A program made the position numbers and the translations under genes. DNA of 63,870 bases, the filler included, from Calcarisporiella thermophila CBS 279.70 (Eukaryota > Fungi > Calcarisporiellomycota), in NCBI RefSeq assembly GCF_041956535.1. It is 3 parts of 3 records of this genome, joined end to end, with 100 filler letters (N's around TTAATTAATTAA, not from the genome) between each part and the next. Parts side by side here need not be neighbours in the genome. Positions count along the whole stretch, not along the records: positions 1 to 31,801 come from NW_027192203.1; 2 more parts are not named here. The stretch is one strand, 5' to 3'. A model generated the notes under the pieces. That model was not told the DNA's origin. It searched no databases and saw only the letters and a list, made by a program, of their open reading frames with translations. Numbering within the stretch: the stretch's first letter is position 1; each line of letters starts with the position of its first letter. Positions 1-13,120 of this stretch are shown here, one piece after another.

Positions 1-1480
1 ATCGGAGAATTTATCCCGATATTCCATCATGATTCCTCTTCGCGTCAAGTGAATTTCACACAATTCCGACCCTTTATCGATGTGGCCATGACGGATGCTC
101 TTGTACCCGATATTCGTCCCGAATGTCCTACGCCACTGCAACTTGTACGATATGGTCGCCCGCTCTTTGGAGCATTGGCAAAGGATGCAAGCTATCTTCC
201 GGAGGTGTTGACATTGGCAGTGAAGAAGCTTGACGGGGCTAGGATAATTGGAGGCACAAAGGAGGGGGCACTGGCTCGACTAGCCTGTCTGGCCGCAATT
301 AAACTATCGCCTAGGGCAGAACTAGCAAAGAGGATGGTCGCCGATCATATGGCCACGATGCTCGGGGTTTCACCTGATTGGTCCAACGTATGCATTACAT
401 ATCCATCTGAACCGGTCCTTGCTGCGGGAACCCTCTCATATTATGGGAACGAAGAACTATGGTCGAGAGATATCCGCTGGCTGGCTGAAGCATTATCAGA
501 AGGCTTTGCTGACTCAGGCGAGTGTGGGGAGGCAGCCACTCGTATAGCATTATTAAGAGCAATGCAGAAGGCTTGCAAGTCCAATTACACCTCACCCGTG
601 GATATATCGTTCTGTGAACCAGTCACTGTGAAGCAGTTCCTCTCCTCATTGGTGTTAGAGAATAGAAGGCCAGCTTGTGATCTAAGAAATGCTAATCCTG
701 AGCTAGACGGGTAGAGACTATTTCTGACGCAACCTATATATGCTAAGTTTACATTTGCTACTTAGAAATAGAGTCGGCTTTATAAAAAATATATCTCAAA
801 GTCTCCTCGCAATAGTTGAGGCCGATAACAAGGAACACCAGTATGAGGAATCCGACGTTGAAGATGAATTGTATCAGGGACAGGTTGCATTCAACCACTT
901 TCTCTCGCCATATCGCAATTCTGCCAAGGGTCCTTTGCTTTCTGACCGAGATCCAGATGTGGATCTATTAAAAGCATGCTGGCAACGCCGAGCAGCTATC
1001 AACCTGCGACACGGGTATAAAGCAATTGATCTAGTCATCCCCGTCCGTCTAAAAACCGGCGACTTTTCCTGTGTTGCCGTAAAAGTGAGCAATCAGCTGG
1101 ATGAATCTCCAGTTGATATTAGCAACAGAATCTGGGAAATGGAGTTGAAAGTGAGAGATTGGTTTAAAGGTCCTCCTGCAAGGCACCTTAACCTTTATAT
1201 CTCTCTAAATAATGCAAATATCGTGGTAGAAGGATCTCTTCCACTAACACCCATTCAAAGGATACCTGGTGCTCCTAACTATTTGTTTATATGCAATCAG
1301 CGTTCTTTTGCTTTCACGGATAAGTTTTTGAATGAGTTGGAGGGTGTTATCAACTCTGGGGCCCTACTTATTCCTCCGAATGCGCACAAGTTGACTCTTT
1401 TCGGTGGCAATGAAATTGAAATGACCATTGGGGAACCGGTTGATAGGATCAATTTCCCATATTCTTTTATCCAAATATAA
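1..1480 (+). CDS. Crinkler/RHS-type P-loop NTPase + REase-fold protein, copy 1 (5' part lies outside the window)
   Basis: Frame 1 is open from base 1. Splicing intron 711-765 (GTAGAG..TGCTAAG..CTTAG) joins ORF 49-714 in frame to ORF 740-1480. Family motifs: YGRPLF, YPSEPVLA, GECGE..R..L, FNHF, AIDLVIPV. Confidence 0.7.
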
Positions 1481-2026
1481 TATCAATCTTAATGCTGTAC
1501 ATTGCTTTGCGAATGCTATCTTGGTGTCTAGAGTGTGCTTGAATTGCATGGTTGAGAATAAAACCAAATGTATCTTAAGGCATTACTGTATCAAATTTTC
1601 TTTGGGCGAGATCCCAAGGGAAATGAAGCCGGGTGCCCTCCCACCACACCCATGCAACAAATTCGAATTCGGGAGACTTCCCAAAGCTGAAGAGGAGAAT
1701 AAGGAGGTGTCACCTAGTTATATGTTTGCTTATTTTTGAGATTTACCACATTTGTTTATATTTGTCTTGTTTAGATTGAGATCAACCTAAAGAGCTTCGA
1801 TTCTATTTACATACTATTTTTTCATTGATAGCTTTATCTATAACTTATCTCCGTATTTTTTATTACGAATATAGCACGATTTGGGCTCCAAAAAAGCCGA
1901 TACCATCCAGCGAATGAAGCTTGGACACGAAGTTTAAAGGCCATTGACTGTACTTGTGAAGGCTAAATCATGGTTTAGACGCAATAGAGCAGTTTTCTAT
2001 CAAATTTTGTAGCAAGATAGCCCAAA

Positions 2027-4687
2027 CTAAATAATGTTGAGAAAAGAAAGTAAAAAATTGGTTCTATCTATCGGGCGTTCAAGAGCCATCTCAAACTCCC
2101 TGTCATCCCCATAATTCATCTTTTGCATACTCGGGGGAATAATCAGAGTTCCAGAGTTGATCATTACTTCCAATTCATTCAGCAGCTTGTCCGAAAAGAC
2201 AAATGAACAATAATTACATATAATCATATAACTAGAGGATATCCTTTGAATGGGTGCTAGTGGGGGGGAGCTTCCCACAGCGATATTTGCATTCTTAAGA
2301 GATATGTAAAGGTTGAGATGCCGTGGAGGAGGATCTTTAAACTAATCTCTGACTTTCAGCTCCATTTCCCAGATTCTATTGCTGATTTCAACTGCCGATT
2401 CATTCTGCTGATTGCTAATTTGTATGGCAATGCAGGAAATTCTTCCGTTTGGGAGGTGGACGGGAATAACGAGATCAACCCCTGTATACCCATGCATCAA
2501 GGTGATAGCTGCTCGGCGCTGTCAGCATGCACTCAGAAACACCTCGTTTGGATCTCGGTCTGAAAGTGCAGGGCCATCGGCAGAATTGCAATATGGCGAG
2601 AGAAAGTGGTTGAATGCAACTTGTCCTTGATAAAACTCTGCTTCACCACTGGAGTCCACACACAGGTGCTCTTTGTTATCTGCCTTGACTATTGCGAGAA
2701 GCCTCTCAGTTACCTTATTTATAAATCCGATACTATTTCAATGGATCAAAAATAAGTTCAATATATCGATCGAACTGGAGATTCGGTTCCTAACTGTTTG
2801 AGTTGGAGCTAGTATTATTTGTGTTGCTAGCAAGCCCCTTATTCTCAAGTACCAGCGAGGAGAGAAAGTCTCGCACACTGACTGGTTCGCAGAATGATAT
2901 ATCCACGAGTGAAGTGTATTTAATCTGACAGGCTTACTGCATTGCCCGTACCAGAGCTATACGAGCAACTGCTTCTCCACATTCGCCCGAGTCAGCAATT
3001 CCCTCCGACAATGCTTTGGCCAGCCAGTGTATGTCCTTTGCCCATCTAACTTCAGTACCATAATACGCGAGAGCTCCCGCAGCAAGGGCTGGCTCAGATG
3101 GGTACGTAAAATATACTATTGAACGATCAGGTGAAATTCCAAGTGCTGTGGCCATATATTCAGCTACCATCTTTCTAGCTAGCTCTGCTTTAGATGAAAG
3201 GTTTATTGCAGCTAGGCAGGCCAATCGAGCAAGCGCTCCTTCCTTTGTGTTTCCTTGAATCCCATCAAGTTTTGTTGAAGCCAAACTTTACACTTCAGAA
3301 AGATAGCTTTCATCCTTTGCCAGCGCTCCAAAGAGTGGATGGCCGAATCGCACAAGTTGCAACGGCGTAGGACATTCATAATGAGTTCCAGGCACAAGGG
3401 CATCTTTTGTGGCCACATCAACAAAGGGCTGGAAATGCATAAAAGGCACTTCGCGTGCAGAGGTATCATATTCGAACGATAGAAAAATGTCTCCAATCTT
3501 GCTACAGGTGCTGATGCACACCGAAAAGAACCCCCTCCACCTAATTGAATGGATTGCGCGGAGCCACATACGGAATTTAACATTAAAATTCCCCAGCTCT
3601 CGGTCCTTCGCTTCGTCAAAAAGCATATGAGCTTCATCAATGCAACAGAGAAGTTTGATCTCCTCTTTATCACGATTATTGCCAAAGAGGTTAAATATAA
3701 AGGAATCATCGTTGAGTTTCACTTTCAATTCATCCTTCATTGCTATGGTGTAGCTGTTTGATGAATAACAAAAAGTGAATAAGGAGGAATGAGCAACTAG
3801 AATCCTAAGTGGCTTACACTTACTCCTCATATCTCTTCAAAACTTTCTTCCAGAAGCTGGTGCAAGCTGTGCGATCGTATATCTGCATCCTCCAAAACTT
3901 GCCGGGACTCAGCCAACAATCTTTTACCTCCTGGGCTGCAGCCAACATAATCCACGCGAAGGGCTGTATTTCTGAAACATCTTGTCGATCCAGTTGAGAA
4001 AAAATGTACCTAACTTGAGGAGAAGCGGGTGGGTAGCCAGACGAGGTGCGTGCTCGGTTGCAAATATAGATGGTGTGGATCTCATTGGCGAGCTCAGCGA
4101 TCATGCGCGTTTTACCGTACCCTGAGCTCTGCACTATCGGTATAAACGGTGTGACAGTAATAGACTGTCGATTTCTTTCGCGGTGGCACCAATATAAATA
4201 TTCTTTAAAATGCGCTAAAGCATTGTGAGGATCTTGATACTCTATCCTGAATGCTTCATCGACCGCAAATATATGCTCCAAATTTGCAATCTCTGAGTCT
4301 GTGCTAGTTGATTCTAATAGAGCTACAGTAGTAGAGATAAGCAGTGCCACTCACAATACAAATGAGTACTCTTATAAACCTTCTAACTCTTCCTTCTCAT
4401 TTTCCTTTTCCTTTATTAGAGCCTTTATTTTATCAGCAGGAGCCTTTGAATCTTCATCCTCTTTAAGGACGTCTATCGCCACTAAAACAGGAAAGGAGGT
4501 GAGCGCAAATCATCACATAATTATGGTTATTTCATTTACTTCTATATCTTTCAATAGTATCGTCAACATTTTGGAGATCACGCTCAAGATTCCACTTTTT
4601 AGAGACAGCTGCGTCCTGTGGACTACGGCTACGTTTGCCTGTTCTCTTGGAGCTCTCCGCTTCGATGAATTCGGAGTCTTCTGGCAT
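2027..4687 (-). pseudogene. Crinkler/RHS-type NTPase-REase paralog, copy 2, full-length but disrupted
   Basis: ORF fragments carry Walker A (IVQSSGYGKTR), Walker B (LLCCIDEAH), YPSEPALA, GECGEAVARIAL, FNHF and a C-terminus collinear with copy 1. Several stops and frameshifts; candidate ATG at 4687. Confidence 0.75.
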
Positions 4688-5178
4688 ACTGAATGTATGC
4701 GTTGAAATTATGTATATAATATAATCTCGGTTTAATGAAAGGGGTTTGGCCAACGGGATTAGTGATGCTCCACAAGCTTACCGCGAAATCGTGCCGGCCT
4801 TGTTAAAAGCCAAATTTAATGAACCTTTCGCTGAAAAACTCGCTCGTCTTTAAAAAGTTGAAACATAACTTGGTCTATCCACCAAAAATGACTCGCTCGA
4901 GTCCCGGCAGACTTTAACTGTGTACAGCTTTAAAGATTCAGAAACTAATCGAGGTGCAGATTTGGGAATTGAATCAGTCAATCAGCGTCATCCGCAGTCA
5001 TTTAATAGTTCCTAAAACAAAAGCGGAAGCTGGATTTGACAAGCTGCAACGAGATGATCGAGTCACTTTCTGGTGCAAAGTATTATTATTAACGCTAGGA
5101 CCATTGTCGTGAAATAGAAAGTAGAGTCATGTGTCTGATATTACACTAATCGCATCGTGCTCTTGATCGGATGTATAT

Positions 5179-5630
5179 ACAGAATCTAGGGAATGGAGTT
5201 GAAAGTGAGCGATTGGTTTAAAGGTCCTCCTCCAAGGCACCTTAAGCTTTATATCTCTCTAAAAAACCCAAACATCGCGTAGAGGGATCTCTTCCGCTAA
5301 CACCCATTCAAAGGACATCTGGTGCTCCTAGCTACTTGTGTATATGCAATTACTGTTCGTTTGCTTTCACGTATAAGATTTTGAATGAGTTAGAGGATGT
5401 AGTCAACTCCGAATCTCTGCTTATTCCTCCGAATGTGCACAAGTTGAATTATCATGGTGGCAATGAAATTGAAATGGTCATTGGGGATCCAATAGATAAG
5501 ATCAGTTTCTCTCTTTCTTTTATCAAAATTTAATATTAGTCTGAGTGCTGTACTGCTCTGCGAATTTTGATGAAATCTGCTATCTTGGTGTCTAGAGCAT
5601 GCTTTAATTGCAGTGTAGTGAATAAAATAC
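5179..5630 (+). pseudogene. 3' fragment of the NTPase-REase gene, copy 3, including 3' UTR
   Basis: Nucleotide match to about 1125-1565 (ACAGAATCT..GGAGTTGAAAGTGAG..GATTGGTTTAAAGGTCCTCCT). ORF 5336-5533 matches the copy 1 C-terminus. Confidence 0.8.
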
Positions 5631-5879
5631 TTTTACCTCTTGGAAAACTAACTAACTTAAGATTAATTACTTTCAAAAAGCATACAGATTCCTTCAGCAG
5701 ATCATGCTTCACAACGATGAAGCCGTTTTATTTCAAAATGAGCCAACCACAAAGAAATGATAAAATAGTACGCAATATTAGAAATATGAGATCAAAAACA
5801 ATATCATATAGCCCTAGCGCTTCTCAAATGCGACTCCTTTGCCGTTTTTTAAGTCGGCTTACTTCAGTTTGAGATATAG

Positions 5880-6120
5880 AGTCCTCGCCCGCACCTGTGA
5901 CAGATCAGAGCATGGAGGGTAAAAGATTGCACTTGACGTTACTCCTGTCGGTACTTGTCCGCGAAAGGCATCAGTTACACCTTCGCACTGAACTGCGGAC
6001 GCAATCAGGTATAATTTACCGTAAGCTTCAGTGTTCTTACCCATTTCAACGGAATGGCAACATTAATGTATCATTAGGCCTCCACACGCTTTATAGAAGT
6101 GGGTAAGACCTGAGGACTAC
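5880..6120 (+). mobile_element. Decayed DIRS gag fragment
   Basis: LHLTLLLSVLVRERHQ resembles LALLSPVPIRERHQ of the DIRS gag at 35383. Confidence 0.5.
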
Positions 6121-7049
6121 CTCTGCACTTATGAGCACTGGTCGAACTCTCCGCTTCAGCTCCTGATATACTTCCTCTTTGCATTCTGAAAAAAGGTATC
6201 GAGATAATATCCTAATTCCAAACACTAAACTTCAACGAAACGAGGCTCTCCAAAAGCTAATTTCTCTACAAACTTCTGGCAAAGTGATTTATTTTTGTTG
6301 GAATCACAACGAAAATAGTTCCCCAGCTGAAAAAATGCGCATCTTTAAATGAGGAGAAGTAAATCTGGCTCAGCACACCGAAATCGAAGAGCTCCTTGGA
6401 TTCACTCTGATAGCAATTCGACTACTGCTGGGTTGCCAAAACTGAATGTCTATGCGGATTTGGAAATCGAGTTGCCCAACCAGCGGATTCTGCCTCCTTT
6501 TAGTATTGCCTATTGAGAGCAAGTGGAGCAACAAGTGAAAGAAATGTTGGAAAAATGTTGGAAAAATGAAGCAAGTCTACCCTTTTTCTACTTTTCATTC
6601 TCATTAAAAAGTTTTCATAAAGAAAACGGATTAGCATATTCAGTGGGGTCCGTTTCATTTTTTTTTTTTTTTGAACTTCAAATGTGTATTACGTCATTAT
6701 TACACTTTTACTATTTTCTACAAGTAAATAAGGTGCAATTCTAAATCCATATTAATTTCCTATAAAAAAGTGTCTAATTTTTTTTTTAGCTAGTATATTT
6801 TATCCAGGCTAATTGTTCATAGTGAAGTCAGAAGATGGTTAAAATATACCGATGCAATAAAGACTAGCCGATAAGCAGCAAACGAGTCACTAGAATTCTG
6901 GAAATATATATATACATGAACAAACATGTGATAAAACTGGAGTATTTTGTTTAGCTTTCTCTTTCTATTATTTTATGCCGAAGTACTGTAGATACGCATG
7001 CAGGGTGTGAACATGCAAGACGTCGAAGTGGGAGGTTCAAGAGATGTTT

Positions 7050-7960
7050 ACAAGCCTTGCGGTAGTCCACTAGAGAGTTAGAGAGCAACAAACATACCAA
7101 CTGCTGTACTTTATGAGAGATTGGGGGAAAACACCCGATGAAAAAAGATTGCGCAATGATATACCAGCGTTTGAAAGAGAGCGTGCCCGTTCACAAAGGA
7201 GGTTGACACACACGGCACGACGAGTCGCAACAAATCGCAATGGCAGACCATGCCAAGCTCCAGCATTACCAAAATCCATCTGGGAACAGAGTAAATTTAG
7301 AAAATAATAGGCGGGTCCAGACAATCCTCGCCGTCCAATGTTGAGGCCACGACGCATGCCCTTGGCCGTTAGCACCGCGTGAATCGGCTGGGAGGCGTTT
7401 GCGAAAATTCAAAAATGAGTGTGGGGAATTCCCGCTCTAATATGGATACGCAAAATCATCAGAGAGGGATACAAGATACAGTTCTGAAAACAGCCACGAT
7501 TCAACCACTCATCTCCGCTAAAAGGACACTCCTTCGGCCATCAGAGCGCGAAAGCAATATCCGAGGAGGTGAAAAGATGACTAGTAAAATAATCGATAGA
7601 CACAGTACTGTGAGGCACCCTAGGGATAGATTTCATTATCATCACCATCTCGAAGAGCTCGGGGTAAACTACTTCCCGAAGTAGATCTTCGCCTCCTCAA
7701 TCAATCAGTGAAGAAGAAGCGATTCAAGATGGAGACCCTTCAGTCGATTCCCCCTTATCTAGAAGAGCGACTGGATGACTTCAATAGACGTCAAGGACTT
7801 ATTATTACTCATATCAGTCCTCTAGAGTCCAAGAAATACCTTCAGTTCATCTAGGGAGACATAAAGTACCAGTCCAAAGTTCCTCCCTTATGCCTCTTCT
7901 CACAGGATATTCAACAAAGTCATACGCCTAGTCCTCAACGTGTATCGGAAAGCATCATCT
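7050..7960 (+). mobile_element. Decayed DIRS fragment (gag end and start of RT)
   Basis: DEKRLRNDIPAFERERARSQRR resembles DEKELREDLAAHKKERNRSQRR at 36171. DNA similarity to 36130-37000 (e.g. TCAATCAGTGAAGAAGAAGCGATTCAAGATGGA). Confidence 0.8.
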
Positions 7961-8049
7961 CCCGTGTGTAAATTTTGAATTCTAAGTACTCGATTTCTTG
8001 AGAAGGTGGTAGAGGTGGTAGAGAACTAACCTAACCACTCCTCGAAACT

Positions 8050-8705
8050 GATTTCTATTCCGACTTCTCCAGCATATTAAGTAGGATTTGATAATGTCTC
8101 CTGGATTCCACTTGCGTTGGAGCCGCAATCAGTAGATCATCTAGGAACGCCGCTACCTTTATTCCTGACTTCCGACAAGGCGTGATGACTGGATGTAATA
8201 CTTTGATGAATCTCCTGGGAGATGAGATTAGATCGAAGGGAAGAACTTTGAACAAATAATTTTTGCCTTTAATGAACTGGAGGCTTTTCTAGACTCTGGT
8301 GGACTGGTATGTTTAAAAACTTGTCCTTGAGATCTACTGAGGTCAACTGGTCACCCCTCTTTATCAGGGAGAATCAACTGCAGAGTCTCCATCTTGATTC
8401 GTTTCTTCTTCACTGATTGGTTGAAGAGGCGATGATCTGTCACTGGGTGTACTTCCCCTGAACTCTTCGAGGTGACGAATATGTTGATCACCACTCCTGG
8501 GGTATCAGCAGAATCTCCTCGATCGCCTATTTCTGCAGCAAAGATCCAACTTTCTCGGATATGGATTTCGCCTTTTGGCGGTCTTTTTGGTGGAGATAAA
8601 TGGTTGGATCGTGGTCATTTCCAGAAATGTATCTTGTATTCTACTCTGACGATTTTGCGTTTCTATTCGGAAGTGGAAATTCCTTGCCACGCGTTTCTGA
8701 ATATT
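8050..8705 (-). mobile_element. Decayed DIRS RT fragment, inverted relative to the 7050-7960 piece
   Basis: FKVLPFDLISSPRRFIKVL..CRKSGIKVAAFLDDLLIAA matches the RT core of 36338-38323. Confidence 0.85.
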
Positions 8706-9096
8706 CTATTGAATTTGGTATTGAAGGGGAGAGTAGAGAGAAAATGAAAGATTAATCTCCATCAGGTGAGTCTAAGAGATCCCACAAAATATTAAGTTTA
8801 AGATATGTATAATATATTGTTTTCTTTTATTCTAAGCTGGAATAATTTTTTGTTTAGCATGCCGTATTTTAAGCCTATTAATATCGTAAATAGCTTTGTT
8901 TTTGCTGTTTATAAGTTATATTATCCATTGTTTTTTATTTATGCTAATTATATTAATATATCATTTGAATTTTATTTTGTAGGTCGCGTTTTATTTTTAC
9001 GCGTCACAAGTAAAGCATATTTCTGTTTAATCTATGTTGAAATTTGGAGTTAGAATAGCTTATTGTATATTACGAAAAACATCCTGAGACTTAAAA

Positions 9097-12000
9097 ATGT
9101 CATCTTCGATGTCACACTGTGATGTTACTAGTAGAGAGCTTACTATATCTTCCTCTTCCCCTGATGACATACAAAGCATGTTAGGAAAATTCCAAACGCT
9201 CACCCGGCGGCTTGAGAATACTAAAGTATATCAAATTCAACAAATGATATTCAAATGAAACTCTGTATTGAATAAGTACTAATGAATATTTTCTTTATTA
9301 TTGGGGGCTAAATATAGGCTAATATCTTTGGAGCAGTGAATAGGTAAGTTAGGTCTTGATAATGATATATCGCGTCAAATTCTTTTCTAACGCGTCAAGC
9401 GATCGCTCAGTTTCTACAAGGAGTATTTAAATACGTATCAGTTTTGCACCGATTTCCAAGATGAAATGTCTTCGCTAAATGATGATATCAATAGCCTGTT
9501 GGAAGAATCTACAGAAGCCGCAAATGTGTGTAATTCGTTAACCATTTTTGTATTTTACGAGTGGTTCAGTGATTCATTTGTATTTATAATAGACGTATAA
9601 GTTAGCAGAGCTGGGCGTGGAATCAGAACGGGATTATCAACTATTATTAAAGCAACTTGTGGATTGCCAGAACGATGCTATTGCATTGCTAATTATTTCT
9701 AAGGCACTCATATTTTACTGACATTCATTTTACTCATTTTCATGTATAATTACTCTATTAATCGGATAGCTTCATATGCATCTGCAAGAATTCGACAAAC
9801 ACTTGGAAGTAACTGATTTCTTGTCCGCTGGTAATTCAATACATGATATGGTGAGTATACGCTATTGAGGTATCAATAAAGATAAGTGAAGTTAACCATT
9901 TTTGTGTTTTATAGAGCTTTATGCTCGAGAGACTTTCACTTGCGAAAGGCACCAGCAGTTATGACCCCAGCATATATCTATTGTTAAAAGAAGATTACAT
10001 CAAAAAGAAGTCCGCACTCAAACACCGCCTCGACGAACTCTTTTCTGCCGCCATCTCTTTTGAAAAAAAAAATAACATGACCGAAATGACCGTTTATAAC
10101 CGAATTCTAAGTAACTGAAGTGCATTCTCAGTTTTCGTTGTATTTTTTAAGTAATCTGAATCCATATCCATTTGCACAATCCTTAGCCACCTCTGTTCGC
10201 AACTATTACGACAACCCAGTTAGCCTAGAGATACTCTTTATTGCACTTCAGAAGCTAAACTACCTCACGGACAAGCTCAAGTGGCTATCTTCTCAGCTTG
10301 CAGAACACTTTGTCACTCCAATTGTGTGTAATCCGACCCGAGAGCTCTCAGTAATGCGATCCAAGTTGCATGGTGTCCAACTACGATACGGCACAGCGGC
10401 TTTGACCAAGGAGACTAAGGATACGAAGCGAGATCCAGAGTTGGTTTTTGAAAAATTAATAGAAGTGGCAGAATTTGTGCGCTTCAATGCATTTAAAGAC
10501 ATTGAACTAGCTGATTATATGCAAGAGGTTGAAGAGGAGCAGGTGCCAGTTTGGAAATTGTTCGGACTAGTTTGGTGGGAAGGAACATGGAAGATTATAC
10601 GAAAAGAATGCTTGGAGATGAGCATACCAAGTGACTATAAACTCCTATCGTATTATGAAAAGGTAGCAGAATCGGGACTCAAGTTTGAGCAAAGATTAAG
10701 AACATGTGGTAAGTTTTTCTTGATTGACTGGTATCAAGCTCTGGAGAATCATTACTCTGGATTCACCTTTTTAGGCTTTTTACCTGAGGACAGAGAAGAT
10801 ATTACCAATTTCTTCCGAAATATTGAACAAGAATTTGCACGCAAGAAACGTACAAACATTCTCTCCACTGCTCGCGATATTTTGATGAATATGGATCAGA
10901 ATACGACAGAAGTGACTCACGCAACGGAGAGAGGTTAGTTACATTAGCGTCCAATAAGTAGATGATAAGAATAAGTTTATTCCAAATATCCATTAGGATG
11001 CTTATCAATATTAGGCGAAACTAAAGAGCAGCCTGATTCAGTGGGCAAACAGAGTAAACAGGGCAAAGAAGGGCTGGAGGCAGAAGAGGCCAGTTTTAGA
11101 CTTCCAACATGCCATGTGAGTGTACAGGTGCAAACCCTGGTAGAGATCGTGTACCAAACACTCCAAGAAGCGGAGAATACAGACTCTAAAGGGTAAATCT
11201 CTAGTTACTATTTCAAATTTCTATTTTACCCTATAATCACCAGCTATTTTAATATCTATTAAGGAACATTGAACTGTTCTATTGCGCTCGGGATCTCTTT
11301 GACCTCTATCGCGCCATTATACCTGTCTATTACGCTCGTGCTATAGAAGCATCACCTGCGCGTACTGCTATATTCCATAATGACTGCCTCTACATTTGCC
11401 ATCACCTCGCCATACTCGGTTTTCAATTCCGCAAAACACTCCAATCCGTTTCCGACCTTTCCGCGCCACTCGATCAGACTGGCACTTTCGTGGATATGAT
11501 ACCTGGGTTCCGGCGGTTGAGCGAGACCATATTTTTGCATCAGATGCGGCGACAAAGAGACATGATTAAGACCAATCTATTAAAAACTGAAGGATTCGGT
11601 GGAATGGAGAGAGACGATCGGTTTGAGGCCGTCGAAAAGGGGGTGAAAGAGTGCTTGTTTCAACTGGGAGACTTGTCGAAGATTTGGTTGCCCATATTAC
11701 CATCGGAGGTGTATTTAAAAGCAATGGGGATTTTATTGAATACGCTACTCGACGAGATCATACAAAACATATTAAGTTTAGAGGTCATAGCTTTAGAGGC
11801 CCGTCATCAATTGCGGTACATTATCACGGTGATTGGGAAGGCTAACGAATGGTTTGTTGCAAAAAGCGAAGGGGGAGCTAGGCAAGTTGAGAAGGTATGT
11901 TAATGCCATGCAACCATATTAATGGGATCCCGTCATTGATTGTTGTTTTTGTTTGTAGATGCCTGTCCCAAAATATGTAGCATCCTGGGAGAAATATTGG

Positions 12001-12162
12001 CTCCTAGTAACTCTATTTGAAGCAGATCCCAAGGACATTGCAACTATTCTACTTGATGGCAAGCTTTCCCCCGCCTTTTCACAGGCTGAAGTTAAACGAC
12101 TTGTGCAACTTTTCTGTGACGAAAGGGATAGAGATTTAATGTTGAAAAAGTTTGGAAGGTAA
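9097..12162 (+). CDS. ZW10: Centromere/kinetochore protein ZW10 (Dsl1/NRZ complex subunit), multi-exon
   Basis: C-terminal motifs LFHNDCLYICHHL, TFVDMIPGFRRL..IFLHQMRRQR and W.PILPSEVYLKAMGILLNT. The start and the 5' exons are inferred. Confidence 0.85.
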
Positions 12163-13120
12163 TCTCCTTCTAAGCTTTCTAATTATATCTCTGTAACCAT
12201 TTTTCCCGTCTTGTTATATCTATCCAATTTCCTGTTTCCTTAGACAATAGTTTAACACGCCCAGATGGAGGTACAAATTTGGCTTGTTGCTTTAGTGGCA
12301 ATTTCATATCAATTCCTTGATCCCATTCCTATCTCTTGAGTGCAAGCAAACTCTAATCTCTTGATTATGGCATCTTGATTGAGCGGTGGCAAGGAATGGA
12401 AAAGTGGATGATAAATGGGCCTTTCAAAGGAGGATAATTTACGAAGCCCTTTTTGGTATTGAGAAAAATGACCGATAGTCTATTGGTTTAGCTTTTGCAC
12501 CTCTTGATTATACTCATTGTGCGGATATTTAAGCAACGCTAAGCCGCACATGGTCGATGAAATGACACGCTCGGATAGGATTAAAAGCCCCGTTTTTTCT
12601 CCATAGCCTTTTTTCGTACTAGGACAAGACAATTAACCAAAAGGTACCACTTTGTTGAACATTACAATCTTTTATTCTTTTCCTAAAGTCACCTCTATTC
12701 CCTCTTCCTCTTCCCTTCTTTTCTCTCCTCTCTGGTCCCAAAAACCCTTGGTTAGTTCTCAAATTGAGCCGCCCCTTCCTCTCATTCTCATATTATCAGA
12801 CATCATCACCCGCCTTATCTTTGAGTGTGCTTGGAGTGTTGTCTTAGATTCATCTGTTTAACATACCATCGGTGTTTCACGGAATTTTCTATTCCACCGT
12901 TAATATTCGCTTCAATAGCTTTCACCCTATACCCGCACAACAAGATATACTAGAGTGAACAATTGGATGAGAATTGCCTTGCAGTTTCTTCAATAGATCT
13001 CTCCCCGCCTCCGTTCCTTCACCATCATTCCCAGGAGGCTTGACATCGCCTATTCACTAACGCCCATTCTCCACCCTGCCATCTTTTCTCCTGGTTATTT
13101 CCAATCCCAATAAACTCAAC

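Noticed and set aside
712-714. Stop codon suggesting copy 1 is a pseudogene
   Set aside because: It falls inside the frame-restoring intron 711-765.
6130-6500. Possible retrotransposon gag remnant (EALQKLISLQTSGKV)
   Set aside because: Too short and degenerate to support a call.
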